Below, one piece after another: positions 19,326 through 30,182 of a DNA stretch of 64,000 bases (its first letter is position 1; each line of letters begins with the position of its first letter). The translations under genes were made by a program, and so were the position numbers. This stretch comes from Alphaproteobacteria bacterium (lineage in GTDB: Bacteria; Pseudomonadota; Alphaproteobacteria; MPNO01; UBA830), in contig OZ251539.1 of the NCBI GenBank assembly GCA_965243135.1, forward strand, positions 5,984,001 to 6,048,000, written 5' to 3'. The notes below the pieces were generated by a model, which was given only the letters and a program-made list of their open reading frames with translations, searched no databases and was not told where the DNA came from.

Positions 19326-21847
19326 ACGGGACGGGCGGAGCCGCGTTTCGCATCGCGCGGCGCGAACTGCGCGGCGGCGTCGGCGGGTTCCGGGTCTTCC
19401 TCGCCTGCCTCGCGCTCGGCGTCGGCTCCATCGCGGCGGTCGGCTCCATCGCGTCTTCGGTCACGACCGGCCTCGAAAAAGACGGAGCCGCCATGCTCGG
19501 CGGCGACGCGGCGCTTCGCGTGGCGCATCGCGACATCTCCCGGGAGGAACGCGCCTGGCTGGAACGCCGCGCCGACGTCTCGCGAGTCGTCTATCTCCGG
19601 TCGATGGCCCGCGCCGGAGCCAGGCGCTCGCTGGTCGAAATGAAGATGGTGGACGGAGCGTATCCGCTCTACGGCGCGCTCGAGACCCGGCCCGCGCTCG
19701 ACGCGGACGGCCCGTTCGCGAAGCGCGGCGGCGCTTGGGGGGCGGTCGTGGATCCCGCGCTGCTCCGGCGCCTTGGAATCGAGGTCGGAGACACGCTGGA
19801 GGTCGGCGGCGCGGTCTACCGGATAGCCGCCGAGATCGACCGCGAGCCGGATCGGGTTTCGGGCGCGCGGCCGTTGCAGCTGGGTCCCCGCTTCATCGCT
19901 TCGTCCGAATCGCTGGACGAAACCGAGCTGATCCGGCCGGGCAGCCAGGTCTGGTACTTTTACCGGGTAAGGCTCGAGGATCCGGGCGGCCTCGACGCCT
20001 GGAAGGAGGATCTCGAACGCGCGTTTCCCGACGGCCAGTGGATCGTCCGCGACCGGACCAACGCGTCGCCCACGATCAAGCGCTTCGTCGATCGGACGAC
20101 GCTCTTCATGACGCTCGTCGGGCTTACCGCCCTTCTGGTGGGCGGCGTCGGGGTCGGCAATGCGGTGCGCGATTTTCTGGCCGGCAAGATGCAGACGATC
20201 GCGACCCTCAAATGCGTCGGCGCGCCGTCGCGGACGATCTTCGCGGCGTATCTGATGCAGGTGCTGACGATGGCGGCGCTGGGGGTGGCGCTCGGCCTCC
20301 TGGCGGGCGGATTGGCTCCGGTCCTCCTGGCGGACCTGCTGCGCGACGCCTTGCCGGTCGCCGCGCGGGTCGACGTCTACGGACGGCCTCTGGCGCTCGC
20401 CGCGGCCTTCGGCTTCCTCGCCTCGCTCGCCTTCGCGGTCTGGCCGATCGCCAGGGCGTGCGAACTGCCGGCCGCGGCGCTGTTTCGCGATGTTGTCGCG
20501 AGCGTCCGCGCCCGCCCGCCATGGCCTTATGCCGCGGCGACCGCCGCGCTCTTGGCGGCGCTAGCCGCGCTCGCGGTCGGAACCGCCGAGAGTCGCGTCA
20601 TCGCTCTGTGGTTCGTGGCGGGCGCCGCGGCGGCCATGGCCCTGTTCGGCTTCGCCGGCGCGCTCGTCAGGCGGGCGGCCGGAATCGCGGCGCGGGCGGG
20701 CGGAGTCGGACTGCGCCTGTCGCTCGCCAATCTCCATCGTCCGGGCGCGCCGACCGGCAGCGTCGTGCTGTCGCTCGGCCTCGGACTGACGGTTCTGGTG
20801 GCGGTGACGCTCATCGAGACGAATCTGGGCAACCAGATCACCCGCAGCCTGCCTGCGCGCGCGCCGGGCTATTTCTTCGTCGACATCCAGACGGATCAAT
20901 TGCCCGAGTTCGAGAACGTCGTCAGGAGCAACGAAGGGTTTCGCGCCGTCCGCAGCACGCCGATGCTGCGGGGGCGGGTGACGCGGATCAACGGCGCGAC
21001 GGCCCGGCCGGAGAACGTTCCGCCGGACGCCCGCTGGGTCCTGCGGGGCGACAGGGGGGTCACCTGGGCGCGCGAACTGCCCGAGGACGAGATCGTCGTC
21101 GCCGGCGACTGGTGGTCCGCCGACTACGACGGCCCGCCGCTTCTTTCCATGGCGGTCGGCACCGCGACGGAGCTCGGTCTGGGAGTCGGAGACACCGTCA
21201 CCATCAACATACTCGGGCGGAACGTCACGGGACGGATCGCCAATCTGCGGGACGTGCGCTGGGACACGTTGCGCATGAACTTCATATTCATTTTCTCGCC
21301 GGGGCTGCTCGAGTCCGCGCCGCAGACGCATCTCGCGACGGTTCACGCCGACCCGGCGCTGGAAACCGGCATCGAACGCGCCGTCGCCGCCGCGTTTCCC
21401 GGGATCACCGCGATCCGGGTGCGCGACGTGCTCGACACCGTGGCGAGTTTTCTGGAGCGGCTGGGCATCGCCATTCGGCTGACGGCGGGCGTGGCCATCG
21501 CCGCCGGCGCGTTCGTGCTGGCGGGAGCGGTCGCCGCCGGCCACAGGCGGCGGGTCTACGACTCGGTGGTGCTCAAGGTGCTGGGCGCGACCCGCAGGCG
21601 GATCGTGGGATCGCTGCTGCTCGAATACGGTTTGCTGGGGCTTCTCACCGCGATCGTGGCCGCCGTCGTCGGCACCGCCGCGGCTTGGGCGGTGGTGACG
21701 GAAGTGATGGGGTTTTCGTTCGTTTTCGATCCCGGGGCGGTCGCGGCCACGATGGCGATTTCCGTCTGCGTCGCCATGTCGCTGGGATTTTTCGGCATCT
21801 GGAGGGCGCTCGGCCATCGGGCGGCGCCGCTTCTCAGAAACGAATAG
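19322..21847 (+). CDS. ABC transporter permease (YbbP/FtsX-like)
   Basis: RIARRELRGG..FLACLALGV, YPLYG, IATLKCVGA, FFVDIQ, VLKVLGA; ATGA overlap. Confidence 0.92.
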   Translation: MNGTGGAAFRIARRELRGGVGGFRVFLACLALGVGSIAAVGSIASSVTTGLEKDGAAMLGGDAALRVAHRDISREERAWLERRADVSRVVYLRSMARAGARRSLVEMKMVDGAYPLYGALETRPALDADGPFAKRGGAWGAVVDPALLRRLGIEVGDTLEVGGAVYRIAAEIDREPDRVSGARPLQLGPRFIASSESLDETELIRPGSQVWYFYRVRLEDPGGLDAWKEDLERAFPDGQWIVRDRTNASPTIKRFVDRTTLFMTLVGLTALLVGGVGVGNAVRDFLAGKMQTIATLKCVGAPSRTIFAAYLMQVLTMAALGVALGLLAGGLAPVLLADLLRDALPVAARVDVYGRPLALAAAFGFLASLAFAVWPIARACELPAAALFRDVVASVRARPPWPYAAATAALLAALAALAVGTAESRVIALWFVAGAAAAMALFGFAGALVRRAAGIAARAGGVGLRLSLANLHRPGAPTGSVVLSLGLGLTVLVAVTLIETNLGNQITRSLPARAPGYFFVDIQTDQLPEFENVVRSNEGFRAVRSTPMLRGRVTRINGATARPENVPPDARWVLRGDRGVTWARELPEDEIVVAGDWWSADYDGPPLLSMAVGTATELGLGVGDTVTINILGRNVTGRIANLRDVRWDTLRMNFIFIFSPGLLESAPQTHLATVHADPALETGIERAVAAAFPGITAIRVRDVLDTVASFLERLGIAIRLTAGVAIAAGAFVLAGAVAAGHRRRVYDSVVLKVLGATRRRIVGSLLLEYGLLGLLTAIVAAVVGTAAAWAVVTEVMGFSFVFDPGAVAATMAISVCVAMSLGFFGIWRALGHRAAPLLRNE

Positions 21848-21953
21848 GCGCGTCTTCGGCCGGTTCATGTTCCGGGGACGCGCCGCCGCGGTTGATTTTG
21901 CGGATGCGCGAACGCATATTGCAGGCGTTGCAACCGTTCAATGAGGGCTTTCC

Positions 21954-22712
21954 ATGGCTTTCCAGACAGACAGGGGAGCGTTCGCGGGCGCGCGGGCGGC
22001 CGACCGGGCCGAGTTCGACGCCGGACTTCGCGCTCACATGCTCCGGGTCTACAACTACATGGCGTCCGGTATGGCGCTGACCGGCATATTCGCGGTGATC
22101 GTCGCGCAGATGTCGATCGTAACCAACGGCGCCGGCGATATCGTCGGCCTGACCGAATTCGGACGAACTCTGTTCGCCACCGGCCTGAAATGGGTCGTAA
22201 TGCTGGCGCCGCTCGGCCTCGTGTTCTTCCTGAGCGCGAGGCTGCACGCCCTGAAGGCGTCGACGGCGCAGGGCGTGTTCTGGTTTTACGCGGCGCTGAT
22301 GGGAGTCTCGTTGGCGACGATCTTCATCGCCTTTACGGGCGCCAGCGTCGCGCGGGTGTTCTTCATCACCGCCGGCACCTTCGCCGGCATGAGCCTGTGG
22401 GGCTATACGACGAAGAAGGATCTGTCGGGCTTCGGTTCGTTCCTGTTCATGGGGCTCATCGGCGTCATCATCGCCAGCATCGTCAATATCTTCATCGGAA
22501 GTTCGGCGCTTCAGTTCGCGATTTCGGTGATCGGCGTGCTCGTCTTCGTCGGGCTTACGGCTTACGACACGCAGAACATCAAGAACGAGTACGCCGAGCA
22601 TTACGACGAGGAGACCCAGGGCAAGCTGGCGATTTCGGGGGCGCTGCGGCTTTACCTCGATTTCATCAATCTCTTCATCATGCTGCTGCACCTTTTCGGC
22701 GATCGCCGCTAA
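21954..22712 (+). CDS. Bax inhibitor-1/YccA family membrane protein
   Basis: DAGLRAHMLRVYNYM, GYTTKKDLS, TAYDTQ, GALRLYLDFINLF. Confidence 0.95.
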   Translation: MAFQTDRGAFAGARAADRAEFDAGLRAHMLRVYNYMASGMALTGIFAVIVAQMSIVTNGAGDIVGLTEFGRTLFATGLKWVVMLAPLGLVFFLSARLHALKASTAQGVFWFYAALMGVSLATIFIAFTGASVARVFFITAGTFAGMSLWGYTTKKDLSGFGSFLFMGLIGVIIASIVNIFIGSSALQFAISVIGVLVFVGLTAYDTQNIKNEYAEHYDEETQGKLAISGALRLYLDFINLFIMLLHLFGDRR

Positions 22713-23133
22713 ACGCGGCGTCCGGGCGCCCGACGGGCACCCGGACGCCGCGGCGGCCTGCCGGGCAGGCGCCGAGCGGAAGGGAGCGGCGACCGCGCGT
22801 TCGACGCCGGATTCCGGCTGAACGGCGGCGCGGCTCCGGACGAGGACGCATGGACCCTGCTCCGGCGCGCGAGGGCGGATTCCGGCTTCGGACGAACTCG
22901 CCAGACGAAACGGCGGCGGCGACGCCCGGGCCGGCGCCCTTCGCCCGAGAGGACGTCCGCGCCGCGAAAGCTCGCCGCCATGCCGGAATCGCCGGCCGCA
23001 AGCGGCGTCGCGCGCGGCCGGAGTTCGGGCGCGGCGCGGGAGAACCGAGCAGGAGAGGCGGTCGCGACGGTTCGTCGAGGGCCGCGCGGCGGCCGGAACG
23101 GGGGCGAGGTTTTCGACGAACGCCGGGGCGTCC

Positions 23134-23868
23134 ATGACCGGAACTCTCGCCGCTCTGGCGCGCCGGATGGCCGGCGCCCTGAAGGACCTCGCGCCGATCG
23201 TCCTCGTCATCGCGTTCTTTCAGATCGTCGTGTTGCAGCAGCCGTTTCCGAACTTCGCCGGCATCGCGGTCGGCTTGCTGTGCGTCATCGTCGGACTCGC
23301 GCTTTTCGTCCAGGGCCTCGAAAGCGGCCTCTTTCCCCTCGGCGAGGCGCTTGCGCAGGCGTTCGCGCGCAAGGGGAGCGCGACCGCGCTATTGAGCTTC
23401 GCCTTTTGCCTGGGCTTCGGCACGACGGTCGCCGAGCCGGCCCTGATCGCAGTCGCCGCCGAAGCGGCCGAGATAGCTTCGCTTTCCGGCATCGTCGCCG
23501 ACGACGACGGCGCGCGGACCGAATACGCCTTTACGCTGCGCATGGTGGTTGCGGTCTCGGTCGGAGCGGCGATCGTGCTGGGCGTGCTGCGCATCCTGAA
23601 AGGCTGGCCGATTCACCGGTTGATCATCGGGGGTTATTTGCTCGTGACCGTGATGACGGCCTTCGCGCCCCGCGAGATCGTCGGCGTCGCCTACGACTTC
23701 GGCGGCGTCACCACCGGCACGGTCACGGTGCCGCTCGTCACCGCGCTCGGCGTCGGACTCGCCACGTCGATCAGAGGACGCAATCCGATGGTCGACGGCT
23801 TCGGGCTCATCGCCTTCGCGAGCCTCATGCCCATGATCTTCGTGCTCGCCTACGGCGTGGCGGTCTGA
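23134..23868 (+). CDS. DUF1538 membrane protein (copy 1)
   Basis: [42 protein letters not shown]. Confidence 0.88.
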   Translation: MTGTLAALARRMAGALKDLAPIVLVIAFFQIVVLQQPFPNFAGIAVGLLCVIVGLALFVQGLESGLFPLGEALAQAFARKGSATALLSFAFCLGFGTTVAEPALIAVAAEAAEIASLSGIVADDDGARTEYAFTLRMVVAVSVGAAIVLGVLRILKGWPIHRLIIGGYLLVTVMTAFAPREIVGVAYDFGGVTTGTVTVPLVTALGVGLATSIRGRNPMVDGFGLIAFASLMPMIFVLAYGVAV

Positions 23869-23870
23869 AG

Positions 23871-24656
23871 ATGGAGTTCGTCGGCGCTCTCGCCGCAGCG
23901 GGGATCTCGACCGCTCTGGACGTGGCGCCCATCATCGTCGTCCTCGTCCTCTTCCAGGTCGCGGTGGTGCGCCGCAAGCTGCCCAACCTGCGCGGCATCG
24001 CCGCGGGCTTCCTTCTCGTTCTCGTGGGGATCACGCTTTTCCTTATCGGACTGAAGGAGGCGCTTTTTCCCATCGGCGAAACCATGGCGCGCCAGCTCAC
24101 CTCGGCCGACAGCATCGGCGCGGAGAAAATTGCCGACGGCGTTCACTGGGACGACTACGTCCTCGTCTACGCGTTCGCCGCCGCGATCGGCTTCGCCACG
24201 ACGATCGCCGAACCTTCCTTGCTCGCGGTCGCGCTCAAGGCCGAGGAGGTTTCCGGCGGCGCCGTCCGCGCCTGGGGCCTGAGGACCGCCGTGGCGACCG
24301 GCGTCGCGGCGGGCGTGGCGCTGGGATGCTTCCGCATCGTCACGGGGACGCCCCTGCCGTGGTACATCATGGCGGCGTACGCGGTGGTGATCCTGCAGAC
24401 CTTCCGGTCCAGCCGCATGATCGTTCCCCTGGCCTACGACAGCGGCGGCGTTACGACGTCGACCGTCACCGTTCCGGTGGTCGCCGCGCTCGGGCTAGGC
24501 CTTGCCGCGTCCGTTCCCGGCCGCAGTCCGTTGATCGACGGGTTCGGGCTCATCGCCTTTGCCAGCGTATTTCCCATCATGTCCGTTCTGGGTTACTCGA
24601 TGGTTGCGTCGTGGACGAACCGCAGGCGCAGCCTCAGACATCGCGAGGAGAACTGA
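23871..24656 (+). CDS. DUF1538 membrane protein (copy 2)
   Basis: [41 protein letters not shown]. Confidence 0.88.
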   Translation: MEFVGALAAAGISTALDVAPIIVVLVLFQVAVVRRKLPNLRGIAAGFLLVLVGITLFLIGLKEALFPIGETMARQLTSADSIGAEKIADGVHWDDYVLVYAFAAAIGFATTIAEPSLLAVALKAEEVSGGAVRAWGLRTAVATGVAAGVALGCFRIVTGTPLPWYIMAAYAVVILQTFRSSRMIVPLAYDSGGVTTSTVTVPVVAALGLGLAASVPGRSPLIDGFGLIAFASVFPIMSVLGYSMVASWTNRRRSLRHREEN

Positions 24657-24659
24657 GTT

Positions 24660-25010
24660 ATGAGGCTGAAATTGATCGTCGCCATGGTCAGCGACGAAAA
24701 GACCGCCGCCGTGATCGACGCCGCCCGCGCCGGCGGCGCGACCGGCGCGACGACCATCACCAGCGTGCGCGGCGAGGGGCTGGAGCCCGAGAAGACGATT
24801 TTCGGGCTGGATCTGGCGGCCAAGCGCGACATCCTGCTGTTTCTGGTTGTCGAACCGCGGGCGCGCGACATTCTGGAGCGCATTCGCGATGCGGGAGCGT
24901 TCGACAGCGAGCACGGCGCCGGCATCGCGTTTCAGGTTCCGATCGAGGACGCGGTCGGCCTGAGCACGCAGGTTCCGACGATCATGGAGGAACTGGAGCA
25001 AGAGATATGA
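24660..25010 (+). CDS. PII-like signal transduction protein
   Basis: 116 aa; LKLIVAMV..AGGATGAT..RGEG, B-loop-like GAGIAFQVPIE. Confidence 0.88.
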   Translation: MRLKLIVAMVSDEKTAAVIDAARAGGATGATTITSVRGEGLEPEKTIFGLDLAAKRDILLFLVVEPRARDILERIRDAGAFDSEHGAGIAFQVPIEDAVGLSTQVPTIMEELEQEI

Positions 25011-25020
25011 GGCGTTCGCA

Positions 25021-25422
25021 ATGAAGAACAAGCCCGTTTTGCGCGTCGAGAAGTTCGTGACGTCCGATCTCGTCACCGTCGAGCGGCTGGCGCCGGTGGC
25101 CGAGGCGATGGCGCTCATGCGCGAGCACAGCATCAGTTCGCTCGTCGTCGACCGGCACGACCCCGACGACGAGCCCGGCCTGATCACGGTCTCCGACATT
25201 GCGCTAAAGGTGATCGCGGAGAACCACGCGCCGGAGCGCGTCAACGTCTACGAGATCATGTCGAAGCCGGTGCTGACCGTGGCGGCGGACATGCAGGCCC
25301 GCTACGCCGTGAATCTGCTGGTGCGTTTCGGCATTTCGCGCGCGGTGGTCGTGGATCACCATCGCAATCCGGTCGGGATCGTGACCTTGCGCGACCTCGT
25401 GCTGGGGCACGTGGCGGACTGA
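25021..25422 (+). CDS. Stand-alone CBS-pair protein
   Basis: Two CBS repeats: SSLVV..GLITVSDI and YEIMSKP..GIVTLRDLV. Confidence 0.9.
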   Translation: MKNKPVLRVEKFVTSDLVTVERLAPVAEAMALMREHSISSLVVDRHDPDDEPGLITVSDIALKVIAENHAPERVNVYEIMSKPVLTVAADMQARYAVNLLVRFGISRAVVVDHHRNPVGIVTLRDLVLGHVAD

Positions 25423-25597
25423 GAGGGCGGGCGTCGGCGGCCGCAGGTCGGGGGAATCGCGCGGCTCGTTTCGTTTTCCCGTCGGACAAGTCGCCGCCGA
25501 GATATCGTCCGGGCGGGGCGCAGCGGATGTCCCCGATACGGACGTCGCGCTTCGCCGGGCGCGCCCCGCCATGCCGTTAGGCCGGCGCGGCCGCGCT

Positions 25598-26563
25598 TCA
25601 GCCCGCGACCGCCGCGTACGGACTCGTCGCGACGCTTTCCAGCAGATCTTCGACCCAGGCGGGATCGATGCCGCGCGCGATGAAGACCAGCGTCGTCGCC
25701 TCGGGAAAACCCTCCGGCCAGCGTTCCAGCCGCCTCGCCGGATGCACGACATGCTGAACGCCGTGAACGACGGCGGGCCGCGCCGGATCGTCGGCCAACG
25801 CCGCCAGACCCTTGACCCGGAGCAGGTCGCCGCCCCTCTGATCAGCGAGCATCTGAAGAAACGCGCCCAGCGCGCCCCGGCCGAGCGGGCGGTCGCGGCT
25901 GATCGCGAAAGTCGAAATCCCGTCTCCGTGGCCGACGTGCCGGCCGAACTCCGCCCCGCGCGTCGCGGGATCGTAGATTCCGCCCGAGAACAGCAGGTCG
26001 GGATCGACCGCGCCGTCGACGCAATCGACCGTCTTGGCGCCGGGATTGATCGCCCGCAGGCGCTCGCGCAACGCCGCAGCGGATTCCGCTATGTCGGTCT
26101 TGGTCAGCAGCAGAGCGTCCGCCACCGCCACCTGCTTGATCGCTTCGCCGTGCCTGTCCAGCGTCTCCATGGCGTTGACGGCGTCCACCGCCGCGACGAC
26201 CCTGGCGAGGCGGTAGCTCTCGAACACGGACGGCTCCTGCATCAGCGTATGGATGACGGGAGCCGGATCCGCCAGCCCGGTGGTCTCCACGGCCACCCGG
26301 CCGAAGGCCCCGCCGCGGCGGGCGCGCAGGTCGGCGAGTGTCGAGATCAAGTCTCCGCGGATCGTGCAGCAGATGCAGCCGCAGGAGAGATCGACGATGT
26401 TCTCGTCGACGGCCTCGAGAAGGACGTGATCGAGTCCGATCTCGCCGAACTCGTTGACGATGACGGCCGTGTCGGCGAAGGCCGGGTCGCGCACCAGCTT
26501 CGACAGGATCGTGGTCTTGCCGCTTCCGAGAAAGCCGGTGAGAACCGTGACGGGTATCGACAT
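25598..26563 (-). CDS. CobW/COG0523 family metallochaperone GTPase
   Basis: LTGFLGSGKTT, VNEFGE, GCICC, ETTGLADP, LLRVKG. Confidence 0.93.
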   Translation of the reverse strand: MSIPVTVLTGFLGSGKTTILSKLVRDPAFADTAVIVNEFGEIGLDHVLLEAVDENIVDLSCGCICCTIRGDLISTLADLRARRGGAFGRVAVETTGLADPAPVIHTLMQEPSVFESYRLARVVAAVDAVNAMETLDRHGEAIKQVAVADALLLTKTDIAESAAALRERLRAINPGAKTVDCVDGAVDPDLLFSGGIYDPATRGAEFGRHVGHGDGISTFAISRDRPLGRGALGAFLQMLADQRGGDLLRVKGLAALADDPARPAVVHGVQHVVHPARRLERWPEGFPEATTLVFIARGIDPAWVEDLLESVATSPYAAVAG

Positions 26564-26588
26564 GATCCCGGTCGCGCCCGCTGCCCGT

Positions 26589-27656
26589 TTATTCCGCCGC
26601 GCGGGCGGACGCGCCGAGCATCGGCAGCACTTCCTCGGAAACGCGGTGCATGGTGGCCGTCGCCTGCGCGTGAGTGAGCCCGGCGTAGCGCGGAATGATC
26701 GATATCTCCGTGAACCCGAGATCGAGATACCTTCGGATGCGCTCCGCCGCCTGTTCGGGGGTGCATATGAGGGTGCGGCGCCGGAAAACGTCGCGCCAGT
26801 CGTCGCCCTCGCGCATTTCCGGCGGGAGGGAATCGGCGCCCTCGAAGTCCCGGTCCCACTGACGGCCCTGCAGCACCTTGACGAACGCGCCGGCGTGCTC
26901 CCGGAGCGCCGCCTTCGCCTCCCCGATCGCCCGTTCCTCCGTATCCGCCAGATAGGCCATGAAGGCGACCATGCTCCTGCGTCCGGCCGTTTCGCGGCCC
27001 GACCTCTCCCATTGTTCGCAGTACCAACCGAATTTCTCGACGAGGGATTCGTAGCTCATCGGGTACTGGTTCATCATCAGGAAATGGCCGCGTTCGGCGG
27101 CGGCGACGAAGCTTTCCCGGGATCTCGACGCGGCTCCCCAAACGGGAAGCGCGCCGTTGATCGCGGGCGGCCACGGCTCGATGCGGTCGAACGAAAAGTG
27201 CTTTCCCTCGTGCGCGAACGGCGCGCCCGCCCAGAACTTTCGGCAGATTTCCAGGCATTCGGCGATGCGCGAGGGCGCGTCGGCGGGATCCACGCCGAAC
27301 GCGGCGAATTCGTGGGGAACGAAGCCCCGTCCGATCGCGACGTCGCAGCGACCGCCGGAAAGCTGGTCGACCAGCGCGTAGTCCTCGGCGACCGTCAGGG
27401 GATTCCTGAGCTGCATGAGGGAAACGGCCGCGCCCAGCCGGATGTTCCGGGTCTCGCGCGCCCAGCCGGCCATGACGACCGCCGGATTGGATATCGCGCC
27501 GCCGTAATAGTGGAAGTGGTGCTCGGTCGTGAGGGCCCGCGCCCAGCCCAGCCGATCCGCGAGCCTGACGGTATGCGAGAGTTCCTCGTAGTAGTTCGTC
27601 AGCGCGGTTCCGTATCCGGCGCGCCAGGTCGGCAGGTAAAGGAGCGAAAGGTCCAT
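26589..27656 (-). CDS. LLM-class (luciferase-like) flavin-dependent monooxygenase
   Basis: TEHHF, IRLGAAV..AEDYALVDQLSGGR..GRG. Confidence 0.9.
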   Translation of the reverse strand: MDLSLLYLPTWRAGYGTALTNYYEELSHTVRLADRLGWARALTTEHHFHYYGGAISNPAVVMAGWARETRNIRLGAAVSLMQLRNPLTVAEDYALVDQLSGGRCDVAIGRGFVPHEFAAFGVDPADAPSRIAECLEICRKFWAGAPFAHEGKHFSFDRIEPWPPAINGALPVWGAASRSRESFVAAAERGHFLMMNQYPMSYESLVEKFGWYCEQWERSGRETAGRRSMVAFMAYLADTEERAIGEAKAALREHAGAFVKVLQGRQWDRDFEGADSLPPEMREGDDWRDVFRRRTLICTPEQAAERIRRYLDLGFTEISIIPRYAGLTHAQATATMHRVSEEVLPMLGASARAAE

Positions 27657-27721
27657 GTCCGTTCCCTAACGGCGCCGCGGGGCGCTCCGGCGTCAGGACC
27701 GGGAGGATCCCGTTCCGGAAT

Positions 27722-28726
27722 TCACGCCCGGAGCCGCGGATACACCCGGCGCGCGTTGTCCTCGAACACCATGCGCCGCCGTTCGTCGTCGAGATTGGGC
27801 GTGGCGTCGACGTAGCGCCGCGTATGATCGTAATGATAGCCGGTGTCGGGATCGACGCCGCGCACGGCGCCCACCATCTCGGAGGCGAACAGGATGTTCC
27901 GGACGGGGATCACCCGGGTCAGCAAATCGATGCCCGGCTGGTGATAGACGCAGGTGTCGAAGAACACGTTGTCGAGGAGCAGCTCCTCCAGCGGCGGCCT
28001 GCCCATGTCCTGGGCCAGGCCGCGATAGCGGCCCCAGTGAAACGGGACGGCGCCGCCGCCGTGCGGGATGACGAACTTCAGCGTCGGGAAGTCGCTGAAC
28101 AGGTCCGACATCAGAAACTGCATGAAGACTGTCGTGTCGCCGCACAGGTAGTGCGCGCCCGTATGGTGAAAGTTGGGATTGCAGGAGCCGCTCACGTGAA
28201 TCATCGCAGGCGCCTCCAGTTCGACCAGCTTCTCGTAGAGCGGATACCACCATTTGTCCGTCATCGGCGGATCCGTCCACATGGCGCCGGAAGGATCGGG
28301 ATTCAGGTTGCATCCGATGAAGCCCATCCCTTCCACGCAGCGCTCGAGCTCAGGGATGCATTTCCTCGGCTCGACGCCCGGATATTGCGGCAGCTGGCAG
28401 ACGGGGACGAAACGATCGGGATAAAGGTCGCAGACCCTGCGAATCATGTCGTTGCAGATCTGCGCCCAATGATAGGCCGTTTGTTCCGTGCCGAGATGAT
28501 GGCCCATGCCGACCGCTCGGGGAGAGAATATCGTCAGGTCGATGCCGCGTTCGCGCATGAACTTCAGCTGCGCGGATTCGAGCTTTTCGCGCATCTCGTC
28601 GTCCGACACCCGGAAGGCGGCGGCGGACGGCGCGAACCCGGACTCCACTCCGGCGAGCTGCTCCCTGCGGTATTCGGTCAACGCGGTGGGTTCCGTGGTG
28701 TAGTGCCCATGGCAGTCGATGATCAT
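27722..28726 (-). CDS. ligJ: Amidohydrolase_2 family, 4-oxalomesaconate hydratase-like
   Basis: MIIDCHGHYTT, SPRA, QLPQ, NLNPDPSG, MIHVS, PHGGGAVPFHWGRYRG, FDTCVYHQPG, FASEMVGAVRG. Confidence 0.85.
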   Translation of the reverse strand: MIIDCHGHYTTEPTALTEYRREQLAGVESGFAPSAAAFRVSDDEMREKLESAQLKFMRERGIDLTIFSPRAVGMGHHLGTEQTAYHWAQICNDMIRRVCDLYPDRFVPVCQLPQYPGVEPRKCIPELERCVEGMGFIGCNLNPDPSGAMWTDPPMTDKWWYPLYEKLVELEAPAMIHVSGSCNPNFHHTGAHYLCGDTTVFMQFLMSDLFSDFPTLKFVIPHGGGAVPFHWGRYRGLAQDMGRPPLEELLLDNVFFDTCVYHQPGIDLLTRVIPVRNILFASEMVGAVRGVDPDTGYHYDHTRRYVDATPNLDDERRRMVFEDNARRVYPRLRA

Positions 28727-28789
28727 GGGGAAGCCGCTCCCTGTCTCTCTCGCGCTTGCAGCGGACCGCCGGGTTCCGGAAAGCGCCGG

Positions 28790-30172
28790 TTACGCTTTGA
28801 GATGCCGCAGCACGCCGTCGATGCTGTCCCGCGCGTCGCCGAACAGCATCCGGGCATTCTCTTTGTAGAAAAGCGGATTGTCGACGCCGGCGTATCCCGT
28901 CGCCATCGAACGCTTGAGCACGACCGCGGTTTTCGCCTTCCACACTTCCAGCACGGGCATGCCGGCGATCGGGCTGCCGGGATCCTCTTGCGCGCCCGGG
29001 TTGACGATGTCGTTGGCGCCGATGACCAGCGCGACGTCGGTCGAGGGAAAGTCCTCGTTGAGTTCGTCCATTTCGAAGACGATGTCGTAAGGCACTCTGG
29101 CTTCGGCGAGCAGCACGTTCATGTGGCCGGGCAGGCGGCCGGCGACGGGATGGATGCCGAAGCGCACGACGACCCCCTTGCTTCGGAGGATCTCGGTGAT
29201 CTCGCTGACCGCGTTCTGCGCCTGCGCCACGGCCATGCCGTAGCCGGGGACGATGATGACGCTTCGGGCCTCCGAGAGCATGTTCGCCGTCTCCTCCGCC
29301 GAGGTCGGAGCGACCTCTCCCTGCGCCGCGCCGGCGGCGGACGTTCCTCCCTCCGCGCCGAAACCGCCCAGGATCACGCTGACGAAGCGGCGGTTCATCG
29401 CCCGGCACATGATGTAGCTGAGAATGGCGCCGCTCGAACCCACCAGGGCGCCGACGACGATCAGCAGGTCGTTGGAGAGCATGAAGCCGGTCGCCGCCGC
29501 CGCCCAGCCCGAGTAGCTGTTGAGCATCGACACGACGACCGGCATGTCCGCGCCGCCGATCGCCATGACGAGATGCGCGCCGATCACGAAGGCGATCGCG
29601 GTCATCGCGAGGAGCGGAACCAGGCTGCCGGACCGGAGAAACTCGTAGCCGAGCCAAAGGCACGCGGCGAAGGCGGCGAGGTTCAACCAGTGGCGAGCCG
29701 GCAGAATCAGCGGCCGGCCGGAAATGCTCCCTTGCAACTTGCCGAACGCGATCACCGATCCCGTGAAGGTGATCGCGCCGACGAAGACGCCCACGAAGAT
29801 CTCGACCTCGTGGATGATCTTTTCCGCCCCCGCGAATTCCGACCGCGGGTCGACGTGGCTCGCGACGCCCACGAGCACCGCGGCCAGCCCGACGAAGCTG
29901 TGAAGTATGGCGACCAGCTGCGGCATCTGGGTCATTTCGACGCGGGAGGCGACGAGAATCCCGACGGCGCCGCCGACCGCGCCCGCGGCCGCGAGAACGG
30001 CGTAGTCGTCGATCCGAAGGGCGAGAATCGTCGCCAGAACGGCGATCGCCATCCCGACGATGCCGTAGACGTTGCCGCGCTTGGCCGTTTCCTGGCGGCT
30101 CAGTCCGCCCAGGCTGAGAATGAACAGAATGCTGGCGCCGATGTAGGCGGCGGTCACGATCCCCGGGTTCAT
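28790..30172 (-). CDS. pntB: NAD(P) transhydrogenase beta subunit
   Basis: [64 protein letters not shown]. Confidence 0.97.
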   Translation of the reverse strand: MNPGIVTAAYIGASILFILSLGGLSRQETAKRGNVYGIVGMAIAVLATILALRIDDYAVLAAAGAVGGAVGILVASRVEMTQMPQLVAILHSFVGLAAVLVGVASHVDPRSEFAGAEKIIHEVEIFVGVFVGAITFTGSVIAFGKLQGSISGRPLILPARHWLNLAAFAACLWLGYEFLRSGSLVPLLAMTAIAFVIGAHLVMAIGGADMPVVVSMLNSYSGWAAAATGFMLSNDLLIVVGALVGSSGAILSYIMCRAMNRRFVSVILGGFGAEGGTSAAGAAQGEVAPTSAEETANMLSEARSVIIVPGYGMAVAQAQNAVSEITEILRSKGVVVRFGIHPVAGRLPGHMNVLLAEARVPYDIVFEMDELNEDFPSTDVALVIGANDIVNPGAQEDPGSPIAGMPVLEVWKAKTAVVLKRSMATGYAGVDNPLFYKENARMLFGDARDSIDGVLRHLKA

Positions 30173-30182
30173 GGGCCGCCCT

